64,000 nt of DNA from Flectonema sp. DT1601 (taxonomy: Eukaryota): positions 248,001 to 312,000 of the forward strand of contig OZ025791.1 of NCBI GenBank assembly GCA_964019425.1, written 5' to 3'. Shown in pieces: positions 58,866-64,000 of this stretch. A model generated the notes under the pieces. It did no database searches and had not been told where the DNA came from. It saw only the letters and a program-made list of their open reading frames with translations. Position 1 is the stretch's first letter. Each line of letters opens with the position of its first letter. The position numbers and the translations under genes are program-made.

Positions 58866-59766
58866 TAAATTGATACTGGATTATCAAGCTTAGGGGGTAT
58901 TATCAAAGTTAACTAATAAAAATGTTAGTACTTTATGATACAGTGACTAAAGGTAATGTTTTGGTAAACACGATGTAAGAGTCTTAATGCTCCAACTTAG
59001 CTGCGTGCACATCTCTTTTCTATGTTGTCATTCAGTGCAGTACAGACTAGAGAGTTATTCATTAACTATACATAGCAGTGAGCCATGTGAAACCAAAACC
59101 AGTATACGGCAGAGTGTAGGTTTTCACCTATTAACAAAAAACTTTTTTTTTTTTTTTTTTTTAAAAAAATATGCTAGTTCGGAGCACTCACCCTAAGTAA
59201 ATTAAAAACGTGGGTTAAAAGGGGTGGGTAAGAATAATAAACATACATACTACCACTTCGGTAGTATTTCTACTAATGGGGCACCAAGACTATCCCATCA
59301 CGTAAAATCAGACCCACATGGTACCCTCTGTGACATTAATGTGGAGAGAGTAGCTTCTCTCAATCCGTTGGGTAATAGAGAGTGATGTGTAAGGTCAACA
59401 CAACACATTAAGAATTGATTTAAGTACAGTAATTCAAATTATAAAAAACAATAATAAATAACTCACTGTAAGTACATAAGTAGCTAATGGGAGAGATGCC
59501 AGATTTCGAACTGGTGTCGTTTCGGAAAACGCTCCCGAGTGCTTATTGGTCCTTTACTTTTCAAGGGAATGATCACATCATAATTCAATAACAACTGTTA
59601 CAGATTCATCGAAGCATTTTAAAAAAATGAAGCAGTCCTTTCAATACTGAGCACGTTCGATGGCTACTCTTACTGCTTCGCACAGCAATAGCTATGATAA
59701 GTGCGTGCACTTTTCTGGGTAAGTTGTGTTAGTTATGTAAAAGATGCTACGTATTCAAGTAGCTCT

Positions 59767-60684
59767 TTAGACTAGAGGAGAAGTAACCCTTCCTACTTCT
59801 AGTAAGGCTGCAGAAACAACTTCAACACCCCCTTGAATAGAGAACGTATCAACTTCTTTCTCTGTATGATAATATTTTAAAGGGATGCGTTGCTCCTTTT
59901 CTTCATCCGTTGAAGAATCGCTGTTTTCTTCGTTTTTCGGGAGGTCAGCGTAGACTGCTTCGAAACCGAATAAGCTGAGAATCTCTATCGCCGCATTGTG
60001 TTTGCCCAACACAACCTGAAAGCGGTCTGAACCAGCAAAGATGGTTCGGTAACGATCCTCACATCCTTTATATAAAAGGTTCTCACCAATTACTTGCAAA
60101 GCTTCGAGAGTATCAGGATGCTTTGCAAGATCCTTGACAAACGGAGCATATGGACATCGGCTAGCCATTTCCCGAACTTCCCCTTCCTCTGAAGATTCTC
60201 TTTCCCCGCTACAGATTGATATCTCCAGTGACGGTGACAAGGCGTCAAATGTTCGCATTGCCTGATATATTGCCAACGTGACTGAGTTCTCGCGGGTCGA
60301 ATCAAAGCCAAAACGAGCTCGTGTACACTTCTTAGTCTCGACAATCTTTGGGATTCTAACACCTGCAACAGCGATTATGTGTGTTATGGTAATTCCTTTG
60401 TTTTCAATAATCTGAAGAACGTCAGCAGATGGGTGTGCAACGACGGTAAGGTCTGACCAATCTTCAGTGAATTTGCTGTCTTGTTTGGCCTGTGCTTCCG
60501 TTACGTCAGCGAGGTCAACGAGTTGAAACGACATGGTCGATCCCCATAGAGGAGCGAAGTTACCAATATCAGTGTGGTCAGCGAGTACAATAACACATTG
60601 CTTGTCTACTGTTGTTTCTTTCTTACTTCCCCACATCCATCGGATTGGCTTTGTCGGATCCAAGTACCTCGCAAGGCTTCGCAT
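59767..60684 (-). CDS. PUB-domain-like protein
   Basis: C-terminal ALQVIGENLL...EDRYRTI...F...AIEILSLFGF resembles a PUB (p97-binding) domain; likely start MRSLARYL. Confidence 0.65.
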   Translation of the reverse strand: MRSLARYLDPTKPIRWMWGSKKETTVDKQCVIVLADHTDIGNFAPLWGSTMSFQLVDLADVTEAQAKQDSKFTEDWSDLTVVAHPSADVLQIIENKGITITHIIAVAGVRIPKIVETKKCTRARFGFDSTRENSVTLAIYQAMRTFDALSPSLEISICSGERESSEEGEVREMASRCPYAPFVKDLAKHPDTLEALQVIGENLLYKGCEDRYRTIFAGSDRFQVVLGKHNAAIEILSLFGFEAVYADLPKNEENSDSSTDEEKEQRIPLKYYHTEKEVDTFSIQGGVEVVSAALLEVGRVTSPLV

Positions 60685-62089
60685 TTTATTGTTATGGAAC
60701 TGTACAATAATGTGAATTGTGTAGTGATACAATTTATTGAATAATACACCAGTACCAGACTGAGTTACACAAATAGCAATCACTCCTCCATGGCTTTATT
60801 AGTGAGGTTCCCTGTGATGTAATTACAAAATGAATTCTACTTTCTACCTGTTTAACGCTATCGTCACTCGTTTATATTTCACAATAAGGAGAAGTGTGGG
60901 AAAAGTAAAGGCACTTCTAGACCACTGTTAGCTCAGAGGCTTCTCCTATTATTTTTTCTACCTAAACCACATAATCAAAACCTTGTGATTACAGCTCAAT
61001 GAAGGACGCAGGACTTTTTATCGCCGGAAATATGATTTTCATCTTCTCTCATCATCGTATGATTCGAAAAGAGTATTTCAATTAGCTCTTACTGTCAGGT
61101 CAAAATGGGAATTGAGTTCATCAACACTTTTACAACAAAATTAGATGAAGTAAGTTCAAGCAGCATGAGCGAATAAAATATTTAAAAAAAAAAATAAAAA
61201 TAATAATAATAGGCAAGAAAATTGAAGAGAAACAGAACACGTGCCAACACACAAAATATGTGATCAGTTTCTTAATATGTTCACCCGCAGCAGGGAAACG
61301 CTAAGCTCTCTCTAATATTAAAATACCTGGAAAAACTGGTCACCATTCTAATGTTATGCTCCGTGAGAGGTTAAGCTCATCGCATAACAAGTGCCCAGAT
61401 ATTAAAAATCAGGTACAGTGACTAGGACCACGAGAGTGTTATTATTCCGTGGGGGGGTGTTTTTGACAACTGACAATTGTTACTGTTTACTTTTTTTTTT
61501 AAAAAAATAAAAAGATTTCTAAAAAGAAATAATAAAAAACGAACTGATGCTACTCCAAAGGAGGGGTGCCAAACATCTCTTTTTTTTTTTCTAAAATGGA
61601 ATATCAAGTTACACCAAGATTAGAAGAAAGACTAAACAGGGAGAAAAGATCAAAAGTAAAAACACTCTTAAAAGGGAAAAAAAAAAAAAAAAAAAAAAAA
61701 AGACAAAAACTCTCATGTTAAATTACTAATAACATTCATGTGAATTAACACAATCAACGTCTGCAGTAAATACAATACTATAATATAAATTTAAAAAAAA
61801 AAAAAAATTATTCAAAAATACTAATAGGTGCATTTTACAGTTGTCCTCCAAAAAATAACTTTCTCATCCTCCAGATTAACAGCAGGGGATTATTCTCAGA
61901 ATCTTCTCCTCAAAAAATATAAAATAAATAAAAGACTTACATAATAACATAATGGAGCCAAAGTTTCCGAAACAATTCAGCAACAACAAAAAAGAGATAC
62001 CATCATCATGACCAAAGGAATAGCGCTACAAGCTGTAGGACCACAATACGTATCGCAAAGTACTAAACCACCTGAGGTCATTATGAATT

Positions 62090-63406
62090 CTACTTAAACG
62101 GTTCAGCTCCTGGTGGTAGTGGAGCTGTAGGTGGCTTGTTTGTGTACTTAACCATCACTTCCTCGTATCCGTTAACATGAAAAATCCCGTGTGGCGTTCC
62201 AGGTACCTTAACATCATGAAGCCAGTTTAGTAGAGACTGTTTGTTGTTTATTTTAATAAAAGCAATCTATTTTCTAACAAAAAAAAAAAAACCTATCAAT
62301 CTGTTTAAAAAACATACTAATGATTCCTGTCTCCCTTTTGCATAGAATGCCAACATGCAACATGGGTCGAGTTCTGATGCTGATAAAGCAGCAAGTTTGC
62401 GAGGTTGTTCAGTAACACCCAACGTTGACTTATCAATGCAAGCTGGTTGTACTCTGTGAGGATCGAGGTATACCAAACGATTACTTTTACAACCAATAAT
62501 ATAAATAGCTCTTTTTGGTCTACCACCCAGAACACCAACAGTAAAGTCACACTTCAAACAAGCAGTGAGGATTGTTAGATTTCGTTCATCTACAGTGATT
62601 CCCAACATTAAAGGAATTAAGACTAAAACTCCTCCTAAAGCTCCTCCTTTTATAACTCCTTTAGCAGATATCATTTGCTCAATTACAACTTCTACTCGAA
62701 GAGGACTTTCTTCCGGGATGAACGTCGCTGAAGAGACCAAGTCTTTTACAACTCGTCCGAGTACAGATTGTGAAAACCATTGTCCGGGTTCTTTTCCGTA
62801 TGATGCTCCTTTTAAAGCAATCTTTTGAAGGGAAAAAGGCGCCGAAGGCAAGTCATAGAAATGATGAAATAACTTATCAGGTGTTGTTTGTAAATGTAGT
62901 CTCAACACTTCCATTAATAACATTTGACCTGTGCGGTGAACACAACCCCACCCGGTGTCGTATGACATTGAATCGGGTAGGCCAGCGAGACCTTTTCTGT
63001 AACTGAACCAAACAAAATCTGACAGAACTTTATAAAATTCTGGTCCTTCCTCATCAAAACGTTTCCTCCCAACCATATGAATTAAATCCGGCACCTCAGG
63101 GCCGAATACTCTATCACCTGCACACCAAGCATCATTCCACGCCACCTTCACGGAGTATAACCCATGAAAGGCTGCACTCTTCATTCCTCCCCACTGTAGT
63201 TCCGGAATAGTTACCCAAGAGCCTACGTCCGGCTCTGTAATCATCCACCTGCACCCCCCCCAGGATGCTGTGAAAAGGAAAATTAGTTTAGTTTGGTATT
63301 CCCCTGCCGTACATCTTTATCGCTCACTTTCTCCCAAGGGTTTAATCAAAAGAAGTTATCACAAAATAAAAAAATTTTACCGATCTGCATTCTTAAAGAT
63401 AGTCAT
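62090..63406 (-). CDS. ATG4: ATG4 cysteine protease (peptidase C54); exons 63406-63381 (tentative), 63248-62318, 62236-62090
   Basis: WFSYR, DTGWGCVHRTGQMLL, GQWF, YLDPH, LDPCC; the 81-nt intron 62317-62237 gives the C-terminus. The first exon is less certain. Confidence 0.9.
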
Positions 63407-63595
63407 GTGTGTTGTGTGTCAGCTGTTAAGTAATAATTCTAAAACAACATCGTAAGTGAGCAGTCAGTAATAATATAAAGAATCTGAAAATCAGCCACAT
63501 TAGTAACTCGACTCTCTGAGGAATACTATCTCTGATATCCTTTTGGAGGTCTTTAGAGTTACGATCAGATGCAAACATCGGAGAAGTGTAGCAAC

Positions 63596-64000
63596 TCATG
63601 TTTTGATTTCTTCTTTAGTGTTAGTGTTTGAGTTGTCAGCTCCTGAATACGAGTCGAATGTTTTTATGAGACAGCCAAGAGCACCTGCGTAGTCAGCATG
63701 TTGAACAAACAAGGCTTCGCTGTCGATAAGTGAACAGTAATTAGAAAGTTTTGTTTGAGATATATCATTGCCTCGAAGGAAACCTCCGGTAAAGAAAAGT
63801 GTTTGGCATCCGTAGTTTTTAGCAAGTCCAGCAGCAACTTGTTGAATGGCTTGCGTAGTCATGTCGAGAATCGCAGCTGCGATCGAGTCCTTTGAAACGG
63901 ATCCGCAGTGCTTCATTCCAACTAATTTCCCAAATGAGCTTGCTGGGATGTGACTGGGAAGACCAAGTACCTGCTCTGCTTTCTCTCCATAAACATCGCC
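63596..64000 (-). CDS. PANK: Type II (eukaryotic, fumble-like) pantothenate kinase, C-terminal part; 5' end lies outside the window
   Basis: GDVYG...LGLPSHIPASSFGK, FFTGGFLRGN, HADYAGALGCL. Confidence 0.88.
   Translation of the reverse strand, partial: GDVYGEKAEQVLGLPSHIPASSFGKLVGMKHCGSVSKDSIAAAILDMTTQAIQQVAAGLAKNYGCQTLFFTGGFLRGNDISQTKLSNYCSLIDSEALFVQHADYAGALGCLIKTFDSYSGADNSNTNTKEEIKT

Noticed and set aside
59490..59560. ccagTTCGAAATctgg T-arm-like hairpin on the minus strand
   Set aside because: The loop and stem geometry are wrong and there is no D-arm or acceptor stem.
74..63455. Plus-strand ORFs in the track, including those antisense to Hsp70, BILBO1, the desaturase and the helicase
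   Set aside because: They are shadows of minus-strand genes or poly-K/F translations of homopolymer tracts, with no recognisable motifs.
1..64000. SL RNA gene, rRNA, CRISPR-like arrays, transposases
   Set aside because: No spliced-leader sequence, regularly spaced repeats or transposon ORFs were seen by eye.

Overview
AT-rich eukaryotic nuclear DNA, most likely a euglenozoan. The inference rests on a clear BILBO1 homologue, about 26 genes that all lie on the minus strand like a polycistronic directional cluster, and short canonical GT-AG introns; together these fit a diplonemid-like organism better than a trypanosomatid. I hand-built spliced models that the ORF track misses or truncates: a folate-receptor-like secreted protein, a UAP56-like helicase, BolA, an eIF4E-binding protein, a desaturase, a small 3-exon protein, a type I membrane protein, two mtHsp70 copies, a SAM-kinase, BILBO1 and ATG4. 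The most striking element is a Delta9-type membrane fatty-acid desaturase fused at its N-terminus to a degenerate FAS/PKS-type starter acyltransferase (SAT/AT) domain and an ACP-like domain. Other notable items are a degenerate UAP56-like helicase with prion-like and RS/RD regions, a tandem mtHsp70 paralogue with a remodelled linker and lid, a 4253-aa intronless surface protein with Cys-repeat modules, a tandem pair sharing an unrecognised domain, and introns with A-rich instead of pyrimidine-rich 3' ends. Family calls come from remembered motifs; no database search was run.
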